A stretch of DNA of 35,842 nucleotides from Perkinsus olseni (taxonomy: Eukaryota), in contig JABANN010000357.1 in assembly GCA_013115125.1 (NCBI GenBank), forward strand, positions 1-35,842, given 5' to 3'. The position numbers and the translations under genes are program-made. Below the pieces are notes generated by a model. It saw only the letters and a list, made by a program, of their open reading frames with translations. It had not been told where the DNA came from and ran no database searches. This document shows, piece by piece, positions 7,446 to 19,683 of the stretch; the stretch's first letter is position 1, and each line of letters opens with the position of its first letter.

Positions 7446-9423
7446 TGTTAATATCTGTCACTCATCTACCATACACGATTGTTTCTACGTAAGAAACTTT
7501 TTGTGCTAATCTGCTACCACCATGATGTCCCCTTCGACAGTGCTCTATGATTCTCGCGATTGCAAGTGCATCTGTGTGAACGTCTTTTCATACGAATGGT
7601 GATTACCAACGCTTGTCCCTGAGAGTTGTGTGACAATGGTAGTGCCTGCACGAGCGCGAACCTAGCTTCTCCCGAGTGAGCCATCGATGGCCGCGTGTGC
7701 ATTCTAAGATCCCCGCAGCGACCTACCCCAGTCAACCTTAGTCACTCGTTGCGATCCAACAACTAACCTACATTCTGAATAATGCAATAAATTCGAGAGT
7801 GCACTCAGTGGGTACTACCCACTGAGTAGAGGGAGCAAACATCCTCCGGCAGTCTAAGACAGAATACACCCGAGTGCCCGGTCAACCACAGTACAACTGC
7901 AAACTCGTTAACTGTATGTTTCGCTCCGCAGGAGTTAGGCGCGGTTCGGCCGGTATTCCTTGGGCTGTCCAAACGTAAATGCCCAGGTTGGGCATTTATG
8001 GTTCGTGTCAGTTTTCTGACAAGTTGTCAGGAAATTCAGTGACTTGTCTACTACGACGGTTATCACAAGGGCTCTAAGACAAGTCGTAGCCCGCTCATCT
8101 ATAGTGTCCTCGGACCTTAGCGCTGCCACGTGAACCCTTCACTAGAGTTCTTACATCTTCGTGATGTGTCTGCATTTGCTGCTTCTGTTTACTCCGCTTG
8201 TAGTGTTTAGATACGTGAATAGTGTAATACGCACTTAATACGCAATAAATAAATGAATTTACTCTGTGCATGTTATGCCTGTGAGTGGCGCCAGCCTGGC
8301 GCCGCCTGGTGAGCCTCGTGGAAATCGAGTTATCTTGGTGGCATTCATGATGTGCACTGTCGCATCAGCCTTCCGCCGCTGTTGGGTCTATCAAGTGTAT
8401 CGGATGCCTTTTTCATGGATAAAAGTGAGGTTTTGTTGTTCGTCTACTTCCCGTACTACGATGATAACGGGTTTTTGGAGGGGCGACGGAGGAACTCCAG
8501 AGAATATTTTCCCATATCCTCCCCTTCCCTCATTAGCTAAACAAGATCAAAACGGCATTCAATGCAAGAATGACCGGAGGGAAGGAAATGCATCGACCTG
8601 ATCATAGACGTCGAGTTTGATCGTCCCGGTGGCATTCCACCGTCGGAGGAATGGGTCGAATCGTTCGTGCTTGGCAACACGAACAGATTTTTGAGATTAT
8701 TACGCGAGCACAAAAAAGATTTAAGAGAGTCGAAGAAAAGTCGCAGTATTTAACCCTTCCATTATGCTCATCACGAAGTTCATGTTGACGGGAGATACTG
8801 TTAAGTTGAACGTGTTGAATTCCTCCGCTACGCAGATTGGCTCATCCATACGCATTCGATCGGAGCCATGTTCTGGAAGAGGCGCACACTGAAACTGCGG
8901 GGACTGGGGGAAGAAGACGAATATGGCACACCTGAAGAGGGTATCACGTGCCTCTGTTGAGGACAACAGGCAGGGAAACAACGCCGGCCCGTCTGCAGGC
9001 GTCCGTGGTCCGTGCTGGCGTCCCGTCGTCCGTGGTCTCCACAGGACCACTCCTCGTGACTGCCGTGCACAAATTACCACTCCAGAAGTTAGTATCGTAA
9101 CACAGCTAGAACTAGCATCATCAGCGGAAACCACTAGGTTGGGTAGTGGCATACTACCTTGTGTGACTACGTCCCCTGCCGCGATGGTTTCACCATCAGT
9201 AAAACCTACGGCCTTCCTTACACAGGGCTCATTATCTCGAAAATCCCCGAGCAGGTCGAAGTGGGGCTTCCAAACGTTTCGGTTTTCGCGAACACCGACA
9301 CAAAAAACACGAGGAGTCCGCCGTGTCGTTCCTGTTGTTCTATCATCCGTGTTATGCTAGTTCCTGTCGATTAGAACTGGATTTCTTAGCGAACCACGCG
9401 GAAAAGGTTGGGATAAAAATGGG

Positions 9424-12400
9424 ATGAAGACGTCAAGAGAGAAATCCGTTGCAGCGTTTGAAACCAATGGCAGTGAACATGTAGAGATTTCTTGCGCGAT
9501 CTATACTAATCTCATGGTGAAAGTGACAACTCCAGTAAAGAAACAGGAGAGTCTCTCCCCCGAGACGACAGCCGACGTCGGAGACAGCAACAACGGCTGC
9601 ATGGTACGACAACAGCTAGCGACCCTCGGGTTCGGTGCCGAGAAGATGAAGGCGGGCAAGAGGTGAGGAGGTTCATGTCCGGAATACCTTCTGTAAACAT
9701 TTTGATTGAGAATGGCTGATCTGGAACACAAAACCCAAGCTTGCCATCTGGAATTCAATCTTTCATCTGCTGTCTTTCCATCATCCGCCACTTAGCGTAG
9801 CTTCAGCGTAGCTCCTTGTCGAAGCAAGATAAAATCAGTTGAATATACGCCACAACGAGCTCCCTCTAATATGAACATACTCTGAGTTTACTAGTTTCCA
9901 TGCTGATTGTCAATCAGGGATTGATAGGCTTGACGTTGACTCAGCTTTCAGGTTGATGATAGAGCGTAAAAAAGTAGCGAACCCTAATTGAATGGAAGTA
10001 TTGAATCTTTCCATTAAAGCCTGTGAACACTGTAGTAGTGCTCACGCATAGTGCGCAGTGGTATCGCGATTACTGATGACTCATGAATCGTCTACAATTG
10101 AGGGGAATCAGCTCGTCATTTAGTGGCCTGCATGTTGACATATAGTCCTGGTAGGTTTGCAAAGCGCACAGTGTGGGTGTGGAGAGAACTACGGCAAGAC
10201 GCCCTCGCAGCAGCTCTGCGTCATCTCACCAGAAGTGAGATCCCGAGCATAGTACTGGTCAACAAGCTACAGAAGATGCCAGAGTTTGGGAGCAAATGTG
10301 GACTGGTCACGGCGGTGCGGAGGAGCCTTGAATCGCGATCAGCAGGGAAAGAATGCAGCTGGTTGCCGGAAACATACATCTTGCCTGAAGTGAGGACCCA
10401 CAGTCACCACGATACCACGGAACGTTCTTTTCAGGAAAACAAATCGGCTTCAGGGGCGGTGATGAGGTCGACAGAAGAGACCTGCTGGATCGTGAAACCC
10501 GCTTCGTTGAACAGGGGCATGGGCATAAAAGTAAGAAGTTGATGCTTCGCGGAGGGACAAATTCTTGGCAGAAATCAGCATGATCCTTTTCTTGATGGGG
10601 TGACTGAGGCCTCAGCGTTAAACGTACAGCTAGGGTAATTGGTCTTGTGAGCATCTTATAGTGAAGTTATATAGAAGCGCCAGACGCACGGTGTGAAAGT
10701 CCCTAGGGAGAGTCCCCAACAACTTCCAATGCGGCACAGGGCAAACGATGAGATCAATACATAGATTTATATAATGTAGAATGTGAATATTATATAGTAT
10801 ACCCTCATAATAGGGTCTCTCCGTAGTTCTCGGGCTTGTGATACGACTTGCGACCTGGCCATGATAGAGAACGGTGATTATCACCGGGTGATACCATCAG
10901 ATACTCGATCGGAAGAGTTCACTGGAGTATTTGAGAAGACCTCCACAGGGCCGATCCCCCAAGGGAGTCATTCAACGATATTTGAGCGAACCACTTCTCC
11001 TGGATGGCCGTAAATGTGATCTTCGAATGTATCTGCTGATAACGAGGACAGAGCCCTTGAAGGTGGGGCAGCACGATGGCTTCTGAACTACCGCGCTAGA
11101 TTGTCACGCAGGCCTACTTTGCCCGAGGGTATGTACGGCGTACCTTGGCCAAGTACTCTGAAAACATCTCTGATCGGCCAGCGCATCTGACGAATCAAGC
11201 GGTGCAGAAAAAGCTCGGAGGTGACTACGAAACTCGCAAACAGGAATCAACGTGGTAATCACGGCTGCTTGAGGAGCTCCCGCCTGATTTTTTGCAGGAG
11301 TATCCTTCAACTCTGCGAATACCTAGCATCAACCTCGCCGGGTGAGGGGGGCGACGCTGACTGGTGGTTCAATTCCTGGTACTGTTCTGAGTTTGAACCC
11401 ATCGTGATGGAGATGGCCACGGTCACATTAGATGGAGCTCGCAGTTCCTTAGTCAGGCAAGGCTACTCCTCACTCTTGTCATTCGCTCGAGTGACATTAG
11501 CAGGTCGGTAGTGCAGCGAAAAGCTGGTACCGTTCTCGGAGGAGAATTCTTCGGGTACGACGTTCTCCCTGGAGCTGATCTGAGGCCGTACCTCCTCGAG
11601 TTCAACTCCAATCCAGCGATCTTCACCAATACTGATATCCTTCAAGAAGTGGGTGCCTCTTCTAAGCCCGCGATTTTTACATTTTTTTCTTTCGCTTTTG
11701 GATAATGCCACATTAATTTGAGTGTTTCCAAATTTCTCGAATCGTGCCAAGTAGATCTTCGTGGAGCCCAATTTGAAAGGACTTTTCTGAAATCGAGCAC
11801 AAGTCGACTCAACAACTAGAGTAGAGAGGGCCGAATACTTCCACACACATCGTGTTCGCGGTGAGCAGTCTAATTCGTGGTAGAAATAATACCGCCTCTG
11901 TCCAAAGTTTACTTCAAGATGTTATAAGTCAAGGTCTCAGGTGCAATGTGCCATCACATAATTCCTCGGGGTAGGTATAAGTTATTTTGCCGTAGCCATT
12001 GTAGTACGATGGCACAAGAACGAGCCCGAACTGCTCATCGTTATATTTTTATTACGCACTGTTCCGGCAAGACTGCAAGTCGATGTTCGAGCGGCGATCT
12101 GGAGTAGCTGCAAAATCCCATGAAATTTCGATCGCTAGAACGCTGGAGCAACCTGGATACAACGAAAGGGAAAGTGATTTGTCCAGCAGGTCGCTGTGCA
12201 ATCCTTTAGTCGCAGCGGTTCGTTATTCGTATCTTGTGGTACTCACCAGCGAGTTCACTCAGGTGATCCCTCCCCTTATCAAGGAAGGTGTCCAGCTAAT
12301 CGAGAGTGATAATCATGTTGGACCAACTCAGTTGTCTCCCAATCTTTGGCATCTTATAGTTGATGACCAAACAGGATACGTTTTCAAGCGGCGTGGCTGA
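9424..12400 (+). CDS. Tubulin-tyrosine ligase-like (TTLL family) protein, multi-exon; start codon uncertain
   Basis: Motifs VGDSNNGCMVRQQL, WLPETYIL, WIVKPASLNRGMGIK, IQRYLSEPLLLDGRKCDLRMYLLI, FFGYDVL...PYLLEFNSNP across GT-AG exons; stop at 12398-12400. Confidence 0.88.
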
Positions 12401-12857
12401 AGCTCTGTTTGACTTGTTGTGTTGTGTGAGATGCGAAACTCATCTTCCACGGAGGAAACTGGACATCGATACATAAAAAGGATACATGTCTCACAGGCAA
12501 AGACCTCTAGTCCGTAGCATGTTCATTTCATGCACTGCATGACAGACCCGCAGCTTGGTAGCACGCCTGCCGTGTAACGTGCGCGGATAGACGCCTATGG
12601 AATTGCGGACACATATAGTGTCGCTCGTTCTACTACCACAGATGACGGATGCAGTCAGAATTCGTTTGCGGTGCGTGTTCTTTTTCGGGAGGGTTTTTAT
12701 CGTGGAATTGGTGAGGTCTGGAGGTCGATTCCTCGCTCGGTTCTCGAACTTCAGGCCCGCAGTCAACTGGATCTCGCCTTATGATGGGAGTCTTATCTTG
12801 CCGCTTCTTAGAAGCGGTTTCACGGCTCCACAGGGAATTTAGAGGAATCATATAATA

Positions 12858-12930
12858 TGCCCAGACCCAGGATCGAACTGAGGACCTCCTGACCTTCAGT
12901 CTGGCGCTCTCCCAACTGAGCTATCTGGGC
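12858..12930 (-). tRNA. tRNA-Phe(GAA)
   Basis: GCCCAGATAGCTCAGTTGGGAGAGCGCCAGACTGAAGGTCAGGAGGTCCTCAGTTCGATCCTGGGTCTGGGCA, a 73-nt cloverleaf with one A-A mismatch in the anticodon stem. Confidence 0.92.
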
Positions 12931-12935
12931 TGAAT

Positions 12936-13330
12936 CTGCTGGTGTGCAAGCTGCTTCCATCCGACGTGATTCTGAATGTCTAATCCGGCACTACGAGCCG
13001 TCATCGACGATAGTCAAGCGTGCGGGTATCACCAATTGCGCTAAGGAACATTGAGATGCTTCTATTATAGGAGTCGATCGATTGATCAGCTCATTCGACT
13101 ATGAGACAGTCTAATCGAGGCCTACGTGCTATATACTACGCCGAAGCGCACATGTAAGTGATCAGGACTTACTGCCGCTTGCCCTATCGATTCGAGAGCC
13201 CGGTGGTGACGGGAGAGCCGCTAGCCGGTGAACGTTATATCGGCAGCACAACGTCATCAAGCGCAGCGCTCATTCGACGAGAAAACTCAACGTTAGAACA
13301 GGAGGCATGAGAGCCTGCTGGCGCGCAACT
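12936..13330. repeat. ~400-bp dispersed repeat, copy 2 (5' flank of tRNA-Phe)
   Basis: Colinear homology with 6050-6462; separated from the tRNA-Phe 5' end by 5 bp (TGAAT). Confidence 0.9.
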
Positions 13331-14188
13331 CATACGACCGGCTGAAGGTTCGAAGAACACCGACTGAATGTAGCTCCATGCGATAACTCGCGTCAAAGTC
13401 ACTGGTAAATTGATGGTCGGATCGCTCTCTCCTTGCGCACCCGCTGCCTCCGTATAGCTTGAGAAGATTCGATGCGGGGCTCAGGAAGTCGGCTCGTAGG
13501 ACTCGCGATGAGAAGACAGTAGTTGAAGTCATTACAAAGCCGGCATGAAAGCGTGGGACTGAAGCTCTTCTGTTGCAGCTGGGACTGTTCAGAGACCGCA
13601 ACTACTACCAGCTGACAAACCTAACGCGGGGTGACATACGTGCACACAGCACGCTTAACGTCAAGCCGCTTCTCTCTGGGAGAAGTTCGTCTCATTGGGA
13701 GTTGTATCTTGTGAGAAGAGAAAGCGCTTCAGTGAGAAGAGTCTTCTCACTGAAGCACTTTCAGCGATGTTTGAGATGATCTCAGGCGCCGCGGGTCGGT
13801 TTGCCCATGCATCGTGGGAAACATCGACCGCATCAGCGCTCGAACAAGCACAACAGCACAGCAGAACAGCAGATCGCTGCGCTACGAACGCAGGTTATGC
13901 GTAGCAATCCGTCCGCACAATCCTCGCTCCTGTGAATGACTAATGATGTCCTTTGTCGACGCGCAAGCACAGTGGGGCAGCGCCATGTCGGAAAGGCGTA
14001 ACGAAGAGATTATCCAAGTAAGAGAGTCTCGATTTGGGACGGGCATGGGTTCCAGTGAATCTTGGGGTTGAAGAATGCCTTGTGTGCCACAGGCCTACGC
14101 CTACGTGAGCTCGGCTACGCCCGCACAAATTTGATTCGGATGTGGTGTGGTGTGCGGCACATCGGACGGAGTAGCTCTCGGTCCATCC

Positions 14189-15363
14189 ATGATCATGAGC
14201 GTCCTCGTTTTCTTCACTTTCATCGCTCTGTTCGGCGAGTCCTGCGGTGAGAAGCTAATCAGAGTTGAAACCATCTACTCTAAGCCCGCAGCCGATGCGA
14301 CATGGGCCGAACTCCTTGGTATCGTTTGGGTTGACTTCCAACCTGTTAAAGCCGTTGTCGACACTGGGGCCTGAGCTCAAGGCCCAGTGTCACTGTGGCA
14401 CACTTACTCCTTCTTTCTGTGGAAGGAGTGGTATGATAGAGTTGCTCCAGGAGGCTGCGATGGAGTCATCTATGGCTGCTACGGTTGCTCCTCAGCCGAG
14501 TGTCAGCAAGCACCTCGCAAGACTTTCAGGTATCACAATGGCAAGGAAGTGACCTTGTTCCCCCACGTCGGGGTGGTGTTGTTCGACGTCAACTGTGAAC
14601 GCTTCGTAACCCCTCATGTGACTTTCGGATTAGTCGTTGGACCGAAGAACAGACCCTGGGTTTCGCTTGGGCTCTCGCTCAAGAAAGTCGCCAGTGAACG
14701 GTATGTACCTCTGATGGACCAGCTTCTACCACGTAAGGGTTTCGAGGGTCTCATCGATAAGAAGGCATTCTCGTTCTATCTGGACGAGGGAAGCCTCCGC
14801 GGCGAGCTCATACTCGGTGTTGATGATGAGAGGAAGCACGATGGTGCTCTTGAATACGTCGAGGCTATCCACCTTGACTTTGCCCCGCCGGGCATTAGTA
14901 TAGCCGGCTTGGGCATCGGGAATGATTCGAAGAACCGAATCGAAGTCACGTCGACGTGGCACGTCGAGGACGATGGGGAATGACACGTCGACGACGTGTC
15001 GAGTGTGGCGTTCCTGGACACGGGCTCGAGCAAGATGCACGTACATGAGTCCCTCAAGCCGCGAGTACTCGCCCTCCTTCAGAGCGCTGGCACCAAGGCC
15101 GTGGTTATCAAGGAGTCTGGGTCCTTCATCGTCGCCTGTGAAGACGTGAAATACCTGCTCTCAATCACTTTTTTCATGAAGGGTTTGCAAGCCGATGAGT
15201 CTCTGTCCATGTGTTTCCCGATGCCCTGAAAGGGGAGCGACCAGATGGCAGCTGTGTGTTGGCGCTGGCCTTCGGTAAAGTGTGGTATCTTGGGTTGCCC
15301 ACGGTCGTCGGGAAATACGTCTCGGTGAACGAAACTCGCATCGGTTTGGGCAAGGCGAAATGA
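14189..15363 (+). pseudogene. Pepsin-like (A1) secreted aspartic protease pseudogene
   Basis: Signal peptide MIMSVLVFFTFIALFGESCG; both catalytic motifs (AVVDTG, AFLDTGSS); FSFYL...GELILG; C-terminal WYLG...RIGLGKAK. In-frame TGA at 14372 and 14981 and a frameshift near 15199. Confidence 0.85.
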
Positions 15364-15817
15364 TGGAGCGTCTCCAAGGCTGCATCCAGCCATTTTTCAT
15401 ATTTCTCACATCAGTTCGCTACGTCATTACTACATAACACGTCATAAGTCGCCCTGAATGGCTATAACAATAAAATCACGAGAGGTCCGGGAACGTGGTC
15501 CTCAGAGCCGTCTAAAAAATCTGTTCTGAGCGCCTATGATAATGAAATCATCGAGGTCGCAAAATGCTGCCTCTAAAAATAGCAGGAATATATCTTGCTG
15601 GTATAAGCCTGCTCATCCGTCAATCATCTTCATCCTCCCTGCAAAGGAACGGGAAGATTCTGCACCACCAATCACGACGCTTGGGCTTCCACTCGAATGT
15701 GGTGAGCTGGGTTCGCTTAACGACCTGAGAAGCACGATCGCGATCAATATAGAAATAGTATACAACGATGATAAATAAATCTATGGAGATGAAAATAATA
15801 TTGGTAACAGCGGCAAT

Positions 15818-17426
15818 CTAGACACTCCCTACACTGGATATAGTGTCCTTATTCACGACGTTGACGAAGATCCTGCCACTTGTACGGTCCTCGCGGACTG
15901 CCAAACCGGCTTCTCTGGCAACATTGTACCTGACAAAAGTGCGCTTTACCTGTACGCCCAGAGCGGAGCCCATTGTGGAAAAATTGCTAGCTCCGTCTTT
16001 GAGGCGCTTTCTTGCCACACATCAACGACACGAGGTCAGTGGGTCGATTCTTGACTTACCCATCACGTCGCTGGACATTGAGTATGATGTCGGGGGTGAG
16101 TGCGCCACCAGAAGCCAGGGCCTCCTGGAGCTCCTCCTGGGTGATGTAGGCGATGATCATAGCGTCGACACCGGGCCTAGACAGACCATAGGTGAACTCT
16201 GTGGTGCTACTTACCGTCTGAAGAGAATCATAGTATCACCATCACTGAGCTGGGCCACGTCGGTGAGTTCATGTTGTCCAGGAAGCTGAGGAAGGGGCAA
16301 AAGTACGACAATCGAGGGGCGGGCTGCTGTCCGAGGGACCAGCCAGTCCGGCAGGACATCTGTAACAACCCAAGAGGGATAGAATAATGGCGAAGGTAAG
16401 AGAGAACGACAGCGCGAGCTTTCTAGAGTGAGTGGGGGTTACCTCCACATAAAAGCGTTTCACGGTTCTTCCATCGTATGCGAAACCGAGGAATACCACA
16501 GTTACCGAACTTCGTGGTGGCACCACGCCGCGACCACGAGGACAAAACATGAGTAGAGAACCACGAGGGAGAACATCCGAATCTGAGCACAACGCTGGTG
16601 GCGAGCGCAGCTGCCAGGACCCACGTTCACACTGGACGCTGAGAATCGCCTCTGGGGCCCTGTCTGAGGGACATTCATGGAAGATCTCGGAAATCTCCAT
16701 GTCTTGGCTCCGTCTTGACTCGACTCCGTCGGGGAATCTGAAAGTAATGAGCCCAGGGAGTCAGTGGAGGATCGCCTTACTTCAACACAGTCCGAGGCTT
16801 CTCATAGCTAACGATCAAATCACCTGCGCCACCACCTTCATAAGTGCCTTCGACAGCCAAGCCTTCAGCATCGCCTAAAGAGAACAGTAGGACCAGAAGG
16901 CCACTTAACACGGCCTGAAGTCGCTGCATGATGACTCACCTTCGCTGGATCTATACCGTATAATTTTGCCGTTGGTGTCATACATAGGGTCTATGGTGGC
17001 TTCACGGATAACAAAGCGGTCACCGACGGTCGGCGAGGCCGTCATTCGTATGAATACTCTGAATAACGACTACAAAGTTGCTGGTAGCCAGGGCTTATCT
17101 TAACGATACTCACCCTCTGTCGCTGATGGCGAGGAGTTGAAGGCCATCAGGTGAAGCGAGGAGCGAGGAAAGGCCGCGGAATCGCGTTCCACTAGGATCG
17201 TCCGCGTCCCTGAGCTCTAGGGTCTGCACATGCTCCAGCGTGCCTGAGGTTGAAATGCTTGCAGAACACTAAGCCGGTGAATTTGCTCACCATGAGGGGT
17301 ATCGAAGGAGACCTCTGTGTCTTCTCTCCAGAAGGGGACGCTCCTCTGATCAAGATTCACAACGTCACCCTGGCCGGCCACTAAGCCGAAGAGAGCAGCC
17401 AACGAGAAGACAGAGGCAATGAGCAT
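15818..17426 (-). CDS. Hypothetical secreted protein, multi-exon
   Basis: Signal peptide MLIASVFSLAALFGLVAG; successive short exons bounded by GTRAG donors and YAG acceptors; last exon ends ...VNKDTISSVGSV*. No family recognised. Confidence 0.6.
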
Positions 17427-17794
17427 GGATGTACTGTCAGCTGAACGTGGAAGAGAATCGGACAGGACGTCGCAACTTCATGGAGCTTATGGAATCATCG
17501 TGTAACACCGTATGGATCAAGCTCATGGAAGCGGTAGTAGTATCAGCGACACAGCCCGTGTCACCACTAGATCGTACTGGCTGATAACCAGTACAGCCAG
17601 TGGCTGTAGGGCAGAGCCTGTAGCCCTGTTCCGGGGTGTCGTTCAGATTGATAATCACGGCGAAGTCAACATCCTTCGAGCGGCTACGCATGCATCACAT
17701 TGTGGCTGTTCGGGGAAGCCGGAGCGCCGAGAGACCCGGGCAGAACGCGAGTTGTGGTTGTAGCCCGTTATGAATGGCCATGTTGTCTGGGATG

Positions 17795-17899
17795 AGCAAT
17801 AGTATACCATTAGGGAGGTGCTGGACAACATAGCAATAGTATACCATTAGGGAGGTGCTGCTGGGCAGCATAACAATAGTATACCACTAGGGAGGCGCT
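17795..17899. repeat. Tandem repeat, ~37-40-bp unit, about 2.7 copies
   Basis: Core A(G/A)CAATAGTATACCA(T/C)TAGGGAGG(T/C)GCT occurs three times in tandem. Confidence 0.9.
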
Positions 17900-19683
17900 C
17901 GTCGGTTCGAGCTTCATTCTTCCTGCGTCTGACTCTAAGAATCTTAGAGGCCTGCTCTTTGAGCCGAGTCCGATCGAAGCCGCAGTTGTGGTACTTCAAG
18001 TAGATGCTGCGCAGAATCCCAACCATCAATGAGCAACTCGCCGGTCGAAGCACGCGTGCGCTAAGCGTTGACCGCTATGCGCACGTGTCAGAATCGACGA
18101 GAGTGTGCGCTCGGGAGACAACATCGGGGCACAGCACGACCAGCAAACCCGTCGCGGAGCGATTCAAGGTCGCTGCCTCGATGCCCCAGGTTGAGCATCG
18201 AATCAGTCCATCGCTATCGTAGATACTGTGTCAAGGACCACGTGTCACCATCAACGACGATTGAAGACACCCTCGACAGGTCACCTGTTACCATTGCCCT
18301 CGAGATGGATGTGCGCGGCTCCGAGCCCTGGCTTCCACTGCCATACGAGCCGACTCCTGCATCTCTCTGCCTGGAAATCAGTTGAAGGAAGCTCAAGACC
18401 CCCGCAGGCTTCTTTCAAGCGATTGTGACGTAGCTACAGAGTGTTGTTCCTCGCCAGGTTATAGATGCCCTCGAGAGATAGATCAAAGCAGGCTGTGTCA
18501 CGAGAGAAGGCCAAAGAAGGGCTTCCCATTCAAAGTCGCTTGTCTTGAAAGGTATCCATCAGGGGCAGGCGCGGGTTGTTGCGAGGCTCTCAACCTGGAA
18601 TCCAGGCCTTTCGAGTAACCAGCTCGATCCAGGTCCTGGATCAAGCTGGTTACTTTCAGGCGGCTCGCTCGCCACCAGGAGGACGCTGGAGTTTTACCCC
18701 GTTGCGTCGAACGCTAGTGTTAACGATAACACAAAGCGATATGCCCTTAAGTACCGCTTTTGCGCGTGGAACGCGAAATGTGTTATACACAATGGGTGTA
18801 AAACGCGTGATGACTTCGCGCTGTTACGTACGAGACTCGCAAACTTTTTTCAGCGGGGTCTCGCGTTGTGAAAGCTGATACTCTCCCGACTACAAATCCA
18901 ACAACAGAGGTCTGCATCTACGTGATAACTATCACAGCCTATACCCGTGTGTTGGTGGCTCCGGGTGGCGTTCTTGAGGGTTTCAACGCGTTATAACACG
19001 TGCTGATGACCTCTTGAAAAAACGCGTCTCTGCGTTTTATACTGGCGCTAGCAGCGCTGCGCTACCACGCAAAGTGGGATGGGTAGGCGACACCACGTCG
19101 CGGTTTTCGCGTCGCGCGTGAAACTGCTTTACATATTTTGTCGCCGAACCTCTGCTGTACCAGAACACCACAGGCAATTTGATAGCGGCAAATCTCAGGG
19201 GAAGGAGATTCTCCTTAGGAGTGCTCATGAATTTCACCTCATACCTCTCACAGCACGAAATATACAAGACGTGAGTTCTTCACGTACATCCGAACTGGAA
19301 CACAACAAACTTGGTTGCATCAAGTACCGAACGGCGGGACATAGGAATGACTGGAGCGTTCGAACCTCGAACCCGGGTAATGGGTGACGTACTGCAAGAT
19401 GCTCCAGAAGCGACATCAATCTCAATCTCGTCGAACTTATTAGACGGCAGAAGTGCTGTTTTTTCGAAAAAAAGTTGATCGAATATGTTCTTCCCCACGG
19501 TGGCATAATGTACAACGACATGCTCTAAGGACACCGGGAGATAGGAAAAACCTGAGGAGGTCTCCCGAGAAGCGACGGTCCTTTTTGCGATCCCAGGTAA
19601 TCAGCCTGCACACCTCAACGAAAGAGCTCGCGAATAACAAATTCGAAACTTCAAGTCATAGGAGTGATAGCGCGGCACTTAAT

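Noticed and set aside
12858-13330. tRNA-derived SINE (tRNA head plus 400-bp body)
   Set aside because: The repeat lies upstream of the tRNA 5' end, the wrong side for a SINE body.
14372-14983. In-frame TGA codons as selenocysteine or readthrough sites
   Set aside because: They lie in apparent insertions, not at conserved Cys/Trp positions. The gene also has a frameshift, and TGA is used as a normal stop elsewhere in the window.
17795-17899. Three ~28-bp direct repeats with short variable linkers, superficially CRISPR-like
   Set aside because: The linkers are only 9-12 nt and related to each other. The context is eukaryotic with no cas genes, so this is a minisatellite.
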